From Chloroflexota bacterium (GTDB lineage Bacteria; Chloroflexota; Limnocylindria; Limnocylindrales; CSP1-4), in the NCBI GenBank assembly GCA_045804885.1, contig JBJMMH010000086.1:1-53090 (forward strand): a DNA stretch of 53,090 nt. Reading direction: 5' to 3'. The position numbers and the translations under genes are program-made. Of the stretch, positions 9,234-16,790 are shown in pieces (the first letter of the stretch is position 1; each line of letters starts with the position of its first letter). The notes beneath the pieces are model-generated. The model did not search any database. It saw nothing but the letters and a program-made list of their open reading frames with translations, and was not told the DNA's origin.

Positions 9234-10304
9234 GTGGCCGTCGCGGTCGCCGACCAGCCGACCCGGTACCGGCGGCGCCGGTTCCGGAAGGACACGGGCA
9301 AGTCGTTCCTTCTCACCTTCGTCGTCGTCGTCGTCCTGGCCGCGTTCCTCGCCCCCGTCCTGCGCTCGCTCGCGGTGTCGCTCCGGACGCCCGAGCAGGT
9401 CGGCGAGGCCGACAGCCCGCAGTACCCGGCCGTTCCCCGGACGTTCGACTACAACGGCAAGACCTACGACCTCTACACGGTCCCGCTCGAGGGTGGCGAG
9501 CGCGAGATGGCGCTCGTCAAGAAGGGCAGGACCCAGAGCGACTTCGTCGATCCCGCGAACGTCGGCGCGGGTCCGATCACCTGGCAGGGCTCATGGCGGA
9601 CGTTGTCACGGGCATGGACGTTCTCGCCCGCCTGGCAGAACTACGTCGACGTCTGGAACCTGATCGACTATCCGCGGCTGTTGCTGAACACGTTCCTGCT
9701 GGCGATCATCGGGATGGTCGGGACCGTCGTGTCGTGCACGCTCGTCGCGTACGGCTTCGCGCGCTACCGCTTCCCGGGGCGGTCCATGTTGTTCACGCTG
9801 CTCGTCGCGACGATCTTCCTGCCGTTCGCCGTGACCGTCATCCCGACGTACACGATCTTCGTGAAGTTGGGCTGGGTAGGAACCTGGCTGCCGCTCCTGG
9901 TCCCGACCTTCCTTGCCAACGCGTACGACGTCTTCCTGTTGCGCCAGTACCTGATGACGATCCCGCGGGAGATGGACGAGTCCGCCGCGATCGACGGCGC
10001 CGGACCGTTCCGGACGCTGATATCGGTCATCGTCCCCCAGGCTTGGCCCGTCATCATCGCCGTCGCGATCTTCCACTTCGTCTATGCCTGGAACGACTTC
10101 TTCGGACCGTTGATCTACCTGTCGACCAAGCCCGAGCTCCAGCCGCTGGCCGTCGGCCTCGCGTCGTTCAACGGCATCCATTACCGGAACCCGGCGTACA
10201 TCCAGGCTGGCACCATCATGACGATGCTCATCCCGATCCTCCTCTTCCTCGTCTTCCAACGCTTCTTCACCCGCGGGATCGTGATCACCGGGGTGGAGAA
10301 GTAG
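9234..10304 (+). CDS. Carbohydrate ABC transporter permease (MalG/UgpE-like) with an enlarged first extracytoplasmic loop
   Basis: EAA motif DESAAIDGAGPFRTLISVIVPQAWP. The track ORF starts at GTG 9204. I prefer the in-frame GTG at 9234, which has GGAG 8 nt upstream. About 100 aa lie between TM1 and TM2. Confidence 0.85.
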   Translation: MAVAVADQPTRYRRRRFRKDTGKSFLLTFVVVVVLAAFLAPVLRSLAVSLRTPEQVGEADSPQYPAVPRTFDYNGKTYDLYTVPLEGGEREMALVKKGRTQSDFVDPANVGAGPITWQGSWRTLSRAWTFSPAWQNYVDVWNLIDYPRLLLNTFLLAIIGMVGTVVSCTLVAYGFARYRFPGRSMLFTLLVATIFLPFAVTVIPTYTIFVKLGWVGTWLPLLVPTFLANAYDVFLLRQYLMTIPREMDESAAIDGAGPFRTLISVIVPQAWPVIIAVAIFHFVYAWNDFFGPLIYLSTKPELQPLAVGLASFNGIHYRNPAYIQAGTIMTMLIPILLFLVFQRFFTRGIVITGVEK

Positions 10305-10305
10305 C

Positions 10306-10962
10306 GTGCCGGGTGCCGGGGAGGCGGACCGGCCGTTCCGCGTCGCGCTGACGTTCGACGCGGAACATGCCGACCGACCGGCGCGGCCGGGGAACGACGA
10401 GCGGCTGCTCGATGCGCTCGAGAGCGCCGACGTTCGGGCGACGTTCTTCGTCCAGGGCCGCTGGGCGGAGGCCTATCCCGCCGTCGCCCGAAGGATCGCC
10501 GACGACGGCCACCTCGTCGGCAGCCACACGCACTACCACGCCCGTCTGCCGCTCCTCTCCGAGGTCGGCCTCGTCGCCGACATCCGCGCCGCCGAGGACA
10601 TCATCCGGGACCTCGTCGGGGTCGACCCGCGGCCGTGGATCCGGGCGCCGTTCGGCGCGGGCGCGGGCGACGACGCCCTCATCGAGCGGCTGGACGCGCT
10701 CGGCTACCGCCACGTCGGCTGGAACGTGAACGCCGAGGACTGGGATCCGATCAACCCGTGCGAGGCGGTCGAGCGGGCGGTCGTCGAAGCAGCTGTGGTC
10801 CGGGGCGATGGCAGCGTCGTCCTGATGCACACCTGGCCCGACCCGACCTACGAGGCGCTGCCAACAATCGTCGCCCGGCTCGCCCAACTCGGGGCGACGT
10901 TCGTCTCGGTGGCGGAGCTGCCCGAGCCACCCATCGGCGTCCCAGCCGACGACCCGGAATGA
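10306..10962 (+). CDS. Polysaccharide/chitooligosaccharide deacetylase, CE4 (NodB homology) family, cytoplasmic
   Basis: 218 aa with a GTG start and no signal peptide. CE4 motifs present: TFDAEH (variant of TFDD), GSHTHYH, IRAPFG, NAEDWD, VVLMH. Confidence 0.85.
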   Translation: MPGAGEADRPFRVALTFDAEHADRPARPGNDERLLDALESADVRATFFVQGRWAEAYPAVARRIADDGHLVGSHTHYHARLPLLSEVGLVADIRAAEDIIRDLVGVDPRPWIRAPFGAGAGDDALIERLDALGYRHVGWNVNAEDWDPINPCEAVERAVVEAAVVRGDGSVVLMHTWPDPTYEALPTIVARLAQLGATFVSVAELPEPPIGVPADDPE

Positions 10963-11957
10963 CGGCCGCGATCCTCGCGGTCGACGGCGGCAACTCCAAG
11001 ACGGACGTCGCGCTCGTGGCGGCCGACGGCGCCGTCCTCGGGACGGTTCGCGGTCCGACGACCTCGCACCAGGCGGTCGGGCTCGAGCGGGGGATGGACC
11101 GCCTCGTCGCGCTCGTCGAGGACGCGGCGGCCCAGGCTGGGCTCGACCGCGCGGCGCGGCCGCTCGCCCGTCTCGGCGTCTACGCGATTGCCGGCGCCGA
11201 CTATCCGCCTGACGTCCGGCTCCTCGATCGGGCGCTCGTGGTGACGCGTCTGTCGGCCGAGGTGGTCGTCGAGAACGACACGATCGGGGCGCTGTGGGCC
11301 GGCTCGTCGACGGGCTGGGGGATCGCGCTCATCTGCGGTGAGGGAATCAACGGCGCGGCGATCGCGCCGCATGGTCGCCGGGTCCGGTTCGACGGGGTCG
11401 GCGACATCTCCGGCGACTGGGGCGGTGGCCACTCGGTCGGCATGGCCGGCCTCGCGGCGGCGGTCCGCGCCGCTGACGGCCGAGGTCCGCAGACATCGCT
11501 GGCGAGGCTCGTGCCGGCGCAGTTCGGGTTCAGGCGGCCGGCAACGCTGACCCGGGCGCTGTACGAAGGCCGGATCGCCAATCGGCGGATCAGCGAGCTG
11601 TCGCCGACCGTGTTCGCGGCCGCGGCCGCGGCTGATGGCGACGCCGTGGCGCGTTCGATCGTCGACCGCCTGGCCGACGAGCTCGTCGCGATGGCGACGG
11701 CCCTGGCGCGGCGGGCGCGGCTGACCCGGCTCCCGGTCGAGGTCGTCCTCGCCGGTGGCGTTTTCCGGGCGACTGACGAGCGCTTCTACGAGCGGATCAG
11801 GTCGGGAATCGCGGCTGTCGTCCCGGCCGCCCGTCTCGTCCGTCTCGACGTGCCGCCGGTCGCCGGCCCGGCCCTCGAGGGACTCGCCCGACTGGGTGCG
11901 CTCGACGAGGCGGCCCGGCAGCGGATCGGGGAGGGGCTTCGCGCGTTCGGTCGATAG
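10959..11957 (+). CDS. BadF/BadG/BcrA/BcrD-type ATPase, N-acetylglucosamine-kinase-like sugar kinase
   Basis: True start is the ATG at 10959, within an ATGA overlap with the deacetylase stop. N-terminus MTAAILAVDGGNSKTDVALV is typical of the family. The track ORF from 10635 has an Arg-rich artefactual extension. Confidence 0.85.
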   Translation: MTAAILAVDGGNSKTDVALVAADGAVLGTVRGPTTSHQAVGLERGMDRLVALVEDAAAQAGLDRAARPLARLGVYAIAGADYPPDVRLLDRALVVTRLSAEVVVENDTIGALWAGSSTGWGIALICGEGINGAAIAPHGRRVRFDGVGDISGDWGGGHSVGMAGLAAAVRAADGRGPQTSLARLVPAQFGFRRPATLTRALYEGRIANRRISELSPTVFAAAAAADGDAVARSIVDRLADELVAMATALARRARLTRLPVEVVLAGGVFRATDERFYERIRSGIAAVVPAARLVRLDVPPVAGPALEGLARLGALDEAARQRIGEGLRAFGR

Positions 11958-12409
11958 CACCGTCGCGCCAGGCTCGCATCGGGTTTCCGTGCCTGGATGG
12001 AACCATTCGAGCCGGGTCTGCCCCCTGAAGGTTGAGCACGGTCGTCGGCGGATGCCCGGCCAACGCGAAGGGCGGCACGGGAATGATCAGGCAGGTTTCG
12101 TGGAGCGAGGTCTCGGTCAAGGCTGTCGCGGCGCGCCTGCATGACGCCGACGGGGCCGTCCTCGACGCGCGGCGCGTCGACGATCGCCGGGTGCGCGCGA
12201 ACGATCTCGTCGAGCGCGCCGAGCAGGCGGTCGTGACGAGTCGTGGCGCCCGCCTGGACAAGGCTCCGGGCTGAACCTGCGTCCCGCGGCGCGCAAAACG
12301 GAACGATCCGGAGCGCGGATCGACTCCTTCTCGGTGATCGCGGCCGCGAGAGTCAGTGCCGGGACGGCAGTCCCGGGCTCCCAAATTCGCCAACCCGAGG
12401 AACCGAGAA

Positions 12410-12637
12410 ATGACCCAGACCCGTCGCCTCAATCGCGCTGGCCTTTCGCTGGTGTTCGCGTTGTCGATCGCCGCATCGGCCGGCCCGCTCACCGGAGCGA
12501 CCGCCGGCGCGCCTCCGGGTGAGTTCGACCGGATCACCGCCGACATGCGGGCCTCGCTGGAGCGGCACGACTTGCGCGCGTTTCACCAGTACCGCGGCCA
12601 GCTGGACCGGCTGATCGCGACGGCGACTCAACGGTGA
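12410..12637 (+). CDS. Small secreted hypothetical protein
   Basis: 75 aa from the ATG at 12410 (GAGG about 10 nt upstream). Signal-peptide-like MTQTRRLNRAGLSLVFALSIAASAGPLTGA, followed by a short helical-looking segment. Confidence 0.5.
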   Translation: MTQTRRLNRAGLSLVFALSIAASAGPLTGATAGAPPGEFDRITADMRASLERHDLRAFHQYRGQLDRLIATATQR

Positions 12638-12721
12638 ACGGGCGGATGGAACGATTCGCCCGAGAGTCCGCCTCATACTGGCCGAGCGCGGCCGCCTGGC
12701 CGCCATGTTCAGGCAAGCCGC

Positions 12722-13279
12722 ATGCCGCGAGAACTCGTCGTCAGGGCTCGGGAAGGCGATCACGACGCCTTCTCTGAGCTCGCCTCGGCGTCGATCGAGC
12801 GCCTCCTACGGCTGTCCCGGCTCATCGTTCGCGACGATGACCGGGCGCAGGACGCCGTCCAGGATGCGCTCGTCACTGCCTGGCTCAACATCCGGGGCCT
12901 TCGGGACCCCGACCGCTTCGACGCCTGGCTCCATCGGCTCGTCGTCCGGTCCTGCTACCGAGCCGCGGGCCATGAGCGGCGGCGGCGTGTCGTGGAGGTT
13001 GCGCTCCTTCCGATCGACCACGCCGCAGTCCCGGACACGCAGGCGTCGGTTGCCATCAGGGATCAGCTGGACCGCGGATTCGCGCGTCTGCCGGTGCATC
13101 TACGGGCTGTCCTCGTCGTTCACCACTACCTGAGCCTCCGCGACCAGGAAGCAGCGGACATGCTCGACATCCCGCTCGGCACGATGAAGTCCCGCCTCAG
13201 CCGGGCGACCGCGGCGATGCGCGCGGCGCTCGAGGCCGAGGAGCGTGCCGCGACGGCGCCCCAGGAGTCGATGGCATGA
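12722..13279 (+). CDS. ECF (sigma-70 family, group 4) RNA polymerase sigma factor
   Basis: 185 aa. Region 2 DAVQDALVTAWLNIRGLRDPDRFDAWLHRLVVRS. Region 4 HTH EAADMLDIPLGTMKSRLSRA. Confidence 0.92.
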   Translation: MPRELVVRAREGDHDAFSELASASIERLLRLSRLIVRDDDRAQDAVQDALVTAWLNIRGLRDPDRFDAWLHRLVVRSCYRAAGHERRRRVVEVALLPIDHAAVPDTQASVAIRDQLDRGFARLPVHLRAVLVVHHYLSLRDQEAADMLDIPLGTMKSRLSRATAAMRAALEAEERAATAPQESMA

Positions 13280-14145
13280 CGACTCGCGACGACTTCGACA
13301 GCGTCCTCGGCTCGTGGCTCGAAGGGGATGCGACCGCCGACGGTGCCGCAACCCTGCTCGAACGGACGCTCGCCGTCACGGCCCAGCGCCGCCCGCGGCC
13401 CGCATGGATCGCCCACGCGGACGGCGCCCGTCGGGCCCGGCTTCTGCCGATCGACGATCGAGGCCGCTCACGCCTGGCCTACGCCATGCTCCTCGCCGCG
13501 GCGATCGTGGCGCTGCTCGTCGGCGCCGTGTTCTTCGCCGGCCAGCGTCCGCCCCGCCTGTCGCAGCCCCTTGCCTGCGCCGGCGTCGACACGGCGCTCT
13601 GCGGCCACACCGCAGGCCGCTGGACGAGCCAGACGTTCACGCCGGGGCTGATGCTGACCTGGCCGAACAACGCCTGGTATACGCGGGATCTCCCGGACCG
13701 GCTGGAGCTCAAGACGATGCCGATGACGTCGGCCGTGATCGTCCACCTTGATCCGCTACCCGCGGGGCCGGGTCCGGAGCAGGAGCGGGCCGGTGACGTG
13801 GCGAGCCTCATCCGCTGGCTTCGGACCGCCCCGGGGGCCGTGATCGAGATGGTCGGCGAGCGAACCACGCCAACCGGTCTCCGAGTGACGACATGGGACA
13901 TCCGGGCCATCGATCCGCGAGCGCCGGTCGCCCTATTCGCACCTCGGGAAAACCCAGCGGCCCCGGCGATCGTCGAGGCAAATCACTATGCCCAACGCCT
14001 GCACCTCGTCGATCTCGGTGGCGGCCACGTCCTGTCGATCCTGGTCGTCGCGTACGACAGCGATCACGAGACCGTTCGCCGAACGGATACGAAGTTCGAC
14101 CCAATCCTCGACTCGATCCGACCGCCGGCCTCGTTCAGCCCGTGA
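13276..14145 (+). CDS. Single-pass membrane protein coupled to the ECF sigma gene (putative non-ZAS anti-sigma/sensor)
   Basis: 289 aa. ATGA overlap with the sigma stop. Cytoplasmic N-terminus, one TM (LAYAMLLAAAIVALLVGAVFFAG), and a roughly 190-aa extracytoplasmic domain of unknown fold. No HxxxCxxC motif. Confidence 0.6.
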   Translation: MTTRDDFDSVLGSWLEGDATADGAATLLERTLAVTAQRRPRPAWIAHADGARRARLLPIDDRGRSRLAYAMLLAAAIVALLVGAVFFAGQRPPRLSQPLACAGVDTALCGHTAGRWTSQTFTPGLMLTWPNNAWYTRDLPDRLELKTMPMTSAVIVHLDPLPAGPGPEQERAGDVASLIRWLRTAPGAVIEMVGERTTPTGLRVTTWDIRAIDPRAPVALFAPRENPAAPAIVEANHYAQRLHLVDLGGGHVLSILVVAYDSDHETVRRTDTKFDPILDSIRPPASFSP

Positions 14146-14357
14146 AGGGCCCAGGCGACGACGCGTCCCGCAGAAGTGCAGCCCGGCCCGTCCGCCGAAC
14201 GGAGCCTGCCGTCCAGGTCGACCTGATGCTGGAGCTGCATCAGATTTCTGTTCAGCACGCATGACGAGGGCACGGTCCGCCAGAATCTAACGGCGGCCAC
14301 GCTCGGCAAAGCGCGACCTTATGCGGGCCCCGCATCGAGCGAAGCCGGGAAACGCGC

Positions 14358-14380
14358 CTTTGTCCAGGCTCTTGACATTG
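14358..14380. promoter_or_regulatory. Degenerate 23-bp ROK-type site (CTTTG-N13-CATTG)
   Basis: ctttgtccaggctcttgacattg. It shares its left arm with the stronger site 46 bp downstream and overlaps a perfect TTGACA (14372-14377). Confidence 0.2.
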
Positions 14381-14403
14381 TTCTTCGCACCTTTCATCCT
14401 GCG

Positions 14404-14426
14404 CTTTGTCAACTCCTTGGGCAAAG
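14404..14426. promoter_or_regulatory. 23-bp inverted repeat CTTTG-N13-CAAAG, candidate operator of the adjacent ROK regulator
   Basis: ctttgtcaactccttgggcaaag has perfect 5-bp arms (6/7 if extended). It lies 43 nt upstream of the ATG at 14469, and has the same 5+13+5 geometry as the two xyl sites in this window. Confidence 0.4.
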
Positions 14427-14468
14427 TCCTCGCGCGGAGCGAGGGCCCGGACGAGGGACCCCGAACGG

Positions 14469-15680
14469 ATGCGACTCCCGGCGAAGGCGACGCACGCCCA
14501 GACGCGCCAGCACAACCACCGGCTCGTGCTCCGAACCGTCTACGACTTCGGGCCGATCAGCCGGGCGGACGTTGCTCGCAGCACCGGCCTGACCCGGACG
14601 ACGGTCGGCGACGTCGTCGGCGCGCTGCTCGACGAGGGCATGGTCGAGGAGGTCGGCCGGGGCCCCTCGACGGGCGGCAAGAGCCCCATCCTCCTCAGCC
14701 TCGTCGGCGATGCCCGTCAGGTCATCGGGCTCGATCTCGGCGAGAGCGTCTTCTCCGGCGCGCTCGTCAATCTCAGAGGCGATGTCCGGCGAGTGGTCGA
14801 GCTGCCAGTCGAGGGCCGCAACGGCCGCGCTGCGCTGGAGCTCGTCTTCAGGCTCGTCGACGAGCTCCTCGGCGAATCCACCACGGCTCCCCTCGGAATC
14901 GGCGTCGGCACCCCGGGTCTCGTGGACACGCGGACCGGCACCATTCGATGGGCAGTCAACCTGGACTGGCAGGACCTGCCGCTCGGCGGCCTCCTCCACG
15001 AGCGGTACGGCCTGCCGTCCAACGTCGCCAATGACAGCCAGGCCGCGGCCCTGGCCGAGTACGCGTTCGGCGCCGAGGGCCGGCGCGTCCTGAACCTGGT
15101 CACGATCAAGGTCGGACGGGGCATCGGCGCCGGCCTCGTCCTGAACGGCTCGCTGTTCCAGGGCGACGGCTTCGGCGCCGGCGAGATCGGCCACGTCGCC
15201 GTCGTTGACGACGGCGCCGCGTGCCGCTGCGGCCGATTCGGCTGCCTCGAGACCGTGGCCTCGAGCCGGGCCATTGCCACCCGAGCCGCGGAGCTGGCGA
15301 CTGAGCTCGGGACGCCGCTGGCGGCCCTCGCGGCCCGTCGGGGCCACGGTGAGCTCACGATCGACGATCTCGTCCGGGCGTGGCTCGACGGGGATCCGGC
15401 GGCAAGGCAGGCCGCGCTCGAGGCGGCCCGCTATCTGGGCCGGGCCATCGCGGCGTTGATCGGCGCGCTCAACGTCGGGCGGGTCGTGCTTGACGGGCCC
15501 GTGACCGGGTTCGGCGACGAGTGGCTCGCGGCGGTCGCCGACGAGGCCCGACGACGCTCCCTGCCGCTGCTGAGCGGCGACACCGAGATCGAGTTCGGCC
15601 GGCTCAGCGAGAACGTCGTCGTGCTCGGCGCATCGGCACTCCTGATAACCCGCGAGCTCGGTCTGAGCCTCGCCCGATGA
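14469..15680 (+). CDS. ROK family transcriptional regulator (NagC-like)
   Basis: N-terminal wHTH (NHRLVLRTVYDFGPISRADVARSTGLTRTTVGDVV) plus a ROK sugar-kinase fold with Zn motif CRCGRFGCLE. I prefer the ATG at 14469 because the track's TTG start at 14406 lies inside the putative operator. Confidence 0.88.
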   Translation: MRLPAKATHAQTRQHNHRLVLRTVYDFGPISRADVARSTGLTRTTVGDVVGALLDEGMVEEVGRGPSTGGKSPILLSLVGDARQVIGLDLGESVFSGALVNLRGDVRRVVELPVEGRNGRAALELVFRLVDELLGESTTAPLGIGVGTPGLVDTRTGTIRWAVNLDWQDLPLGGLLHERYGLPSNVANDSQAAALAEYAFGAEGRRVLNLVTIKVGRGIGAGLVLNGSLFQGDGFGAGEIGHVAVVDDGAACRCGRFGCLETVASSRAIATRAAELATELGTPLAALAARRGHGELTIDDLVRAWLDGDPAARQAALEAARYLGRAIAALIGALNVGRVVLDGPVTGFGDEWLAAVADEARRRSLPLLSGDTEIEFGRLSENVVVLGASALLITRELGLSLAR

Positions 15681-16726
15681 CGCAGCCATCGGCCGTCCCG
15701 GGCGCCCGTGACCTCCTGGTCGGCGTCGACGTCGGCGGCAGCAAGATCGCTGTCCTCGTCGTGGACAGCGAATCCACGATCCGCGGCCGCCACACGATCC
15801 CGACGGCGGTCGGTGCGCCCCTCGGCGCAGCTGGCCACATCGCGGACGCGATCTCGGCGGCGCTCATGGTGGCCGGCGCGGGCATCGATCGGGCGGCCGC
15901 CGTCGGGGTCGGCGTGCCCGGCCGTGTCGATCGCCGCCGCGGCGAGGTCTCGCTCGCCGTGAACCTCGGCTGGCACCGCCTGCTGCTCGCCGACCAGCTG
16001 GAGGCCCGGCTCGGCGTTCCGTGCGCGATCGACAACGACGTTCGGGCAGCTGCCGCCGGCATCGTCGACCGGGGCCTGCTCGGCGATGTCGCCGACTTCG
16101 TCTACCTCGCGGTCGGGACCGGAATCAGCGCCGGCGTCGTAATCGACGGCCGCGTGCATCGCGGGACGCGGGGTCTCGCCGGCGAGATCGGCCACATCGT
16201 CGTCGACGCCGACGGACCGCGCTGTCCGTGCGGTCTGCGGGGCTGCCTCGAGACGGTCGCCGCCGGACCCGCGATCGCCCGGGCGGCGGCCGCCATGATC
16301 GCCACCGGTCGGTCGAGCACGATCGCCGCGGCGGCCGGAGCCGAAGGGCTCGAAGCGGCGGACGTATTCCGAGCCGCAGCGGGCGGCGATCCGCTCGGAG
16401 CCGAGATCGTCGCGAGGGCCGGCCGCTACCTGGCCAGGGCGATCCACGCCCTCGTCATGACGTACGACGTTGAGCGCGTCGTGATCGGCGGCGGCGTCAG
16501 CCGGGCAGGGGAGGGGCTGATGGGGCCCATCCGGGCCGAGCTGACCGACATGCGCGCGAGCTCCGAGCTCGCCGCCGAGATGGTCCCGCCCGACGTCGTC
16601 ACGGTCTCGCCCGACGGCCCGGATGCGGGCGCGTGGGGCGGCGTGAGCATCGCCCGGGCGCTGGCCGGACAGGCCGCCGCGAACGAGGGAACGGAGGAGG
16701 TGGTCGCACGACAAGCCACGGCCTGA
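15677..16726 (+). CDS. ROK family sugar kinase (glucokinase/GlcNAc kinase-like)
   Basis: ATG at 15677 within an ATGA overlap with the regulator stop. Motifs LLVGVDVGGSKIAV and CPCGLRGCLETV. No HTH domain. Confidence 0.88.
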   Translation: MTQPSAVPGARDLLVGVDVGGSKIAVLVVDSESTIRGRHTIPTAVGAPLGAAGHIADAISAALMVAGAGIDRAAAVGVGVPGRVDRRRGEVSLAVNLGWHRLLLADQLEARLGVPCAIDNDVRAAAAGIVDRGLLGDVADFVYLAVGTGISAGVVIDGRVHRGTRGLAGEIGHIVVDADGPRCPCGLRGCLETVAAGPAIARAAAAMIATGRSSTIAAAAGAEGLEAADVFRAAAGGDPLGAEIVARAGRYLARAIHALVMTYDVERVVIGGGVSRAGEGLMGPIRAELTDMRASSELAAEMVPPDVVTVSPDGPDAGAWGGVSIARALAGQAAANEGTEEVVARQATA

Positions 16727-16790
16727 TTTCCGAGATGGGGCTCCGCGGCGTCTGCCGCGGCGGCCGTTTGATGCAGAGGAGGAGACCCGC

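Noticed and set aside
12032-12274. 80-aa ORF (or 63 aa from the ATG at 12083) in the gap between the kinase gene and the small secreted protein gene
   Set aside because: GC3 is high, but the codon-aligned antisense frame looks equally protein-like (…DRLLGALDEIVRAHPAIVDAPRVEDG…). There is no clear SD, motif or start for either strand. It could be a small gene or a decayed fragment, and I cannot decide from sequence alone.
14223-14252. Hairpin ctgatgc-tggagct-gcatcag followed by atttctgtt, as a terminator of the ECF operon
   Set aside because: The stem is only 7 bp with 4 G-C pairs and lies 78 nt after the stop. It is too weak to call without transcript data.
14409-15689. 426-aa ORF running the whole length of the ROK regulator gene on the opposite strand
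   Set aside because: Its composition is dominated by R, D, G, A, P and E, with no recognisable motif. It mirrors a gene that has clear ROK motifs on the + strand. Stop-free antisense frames are expected at this GC content.
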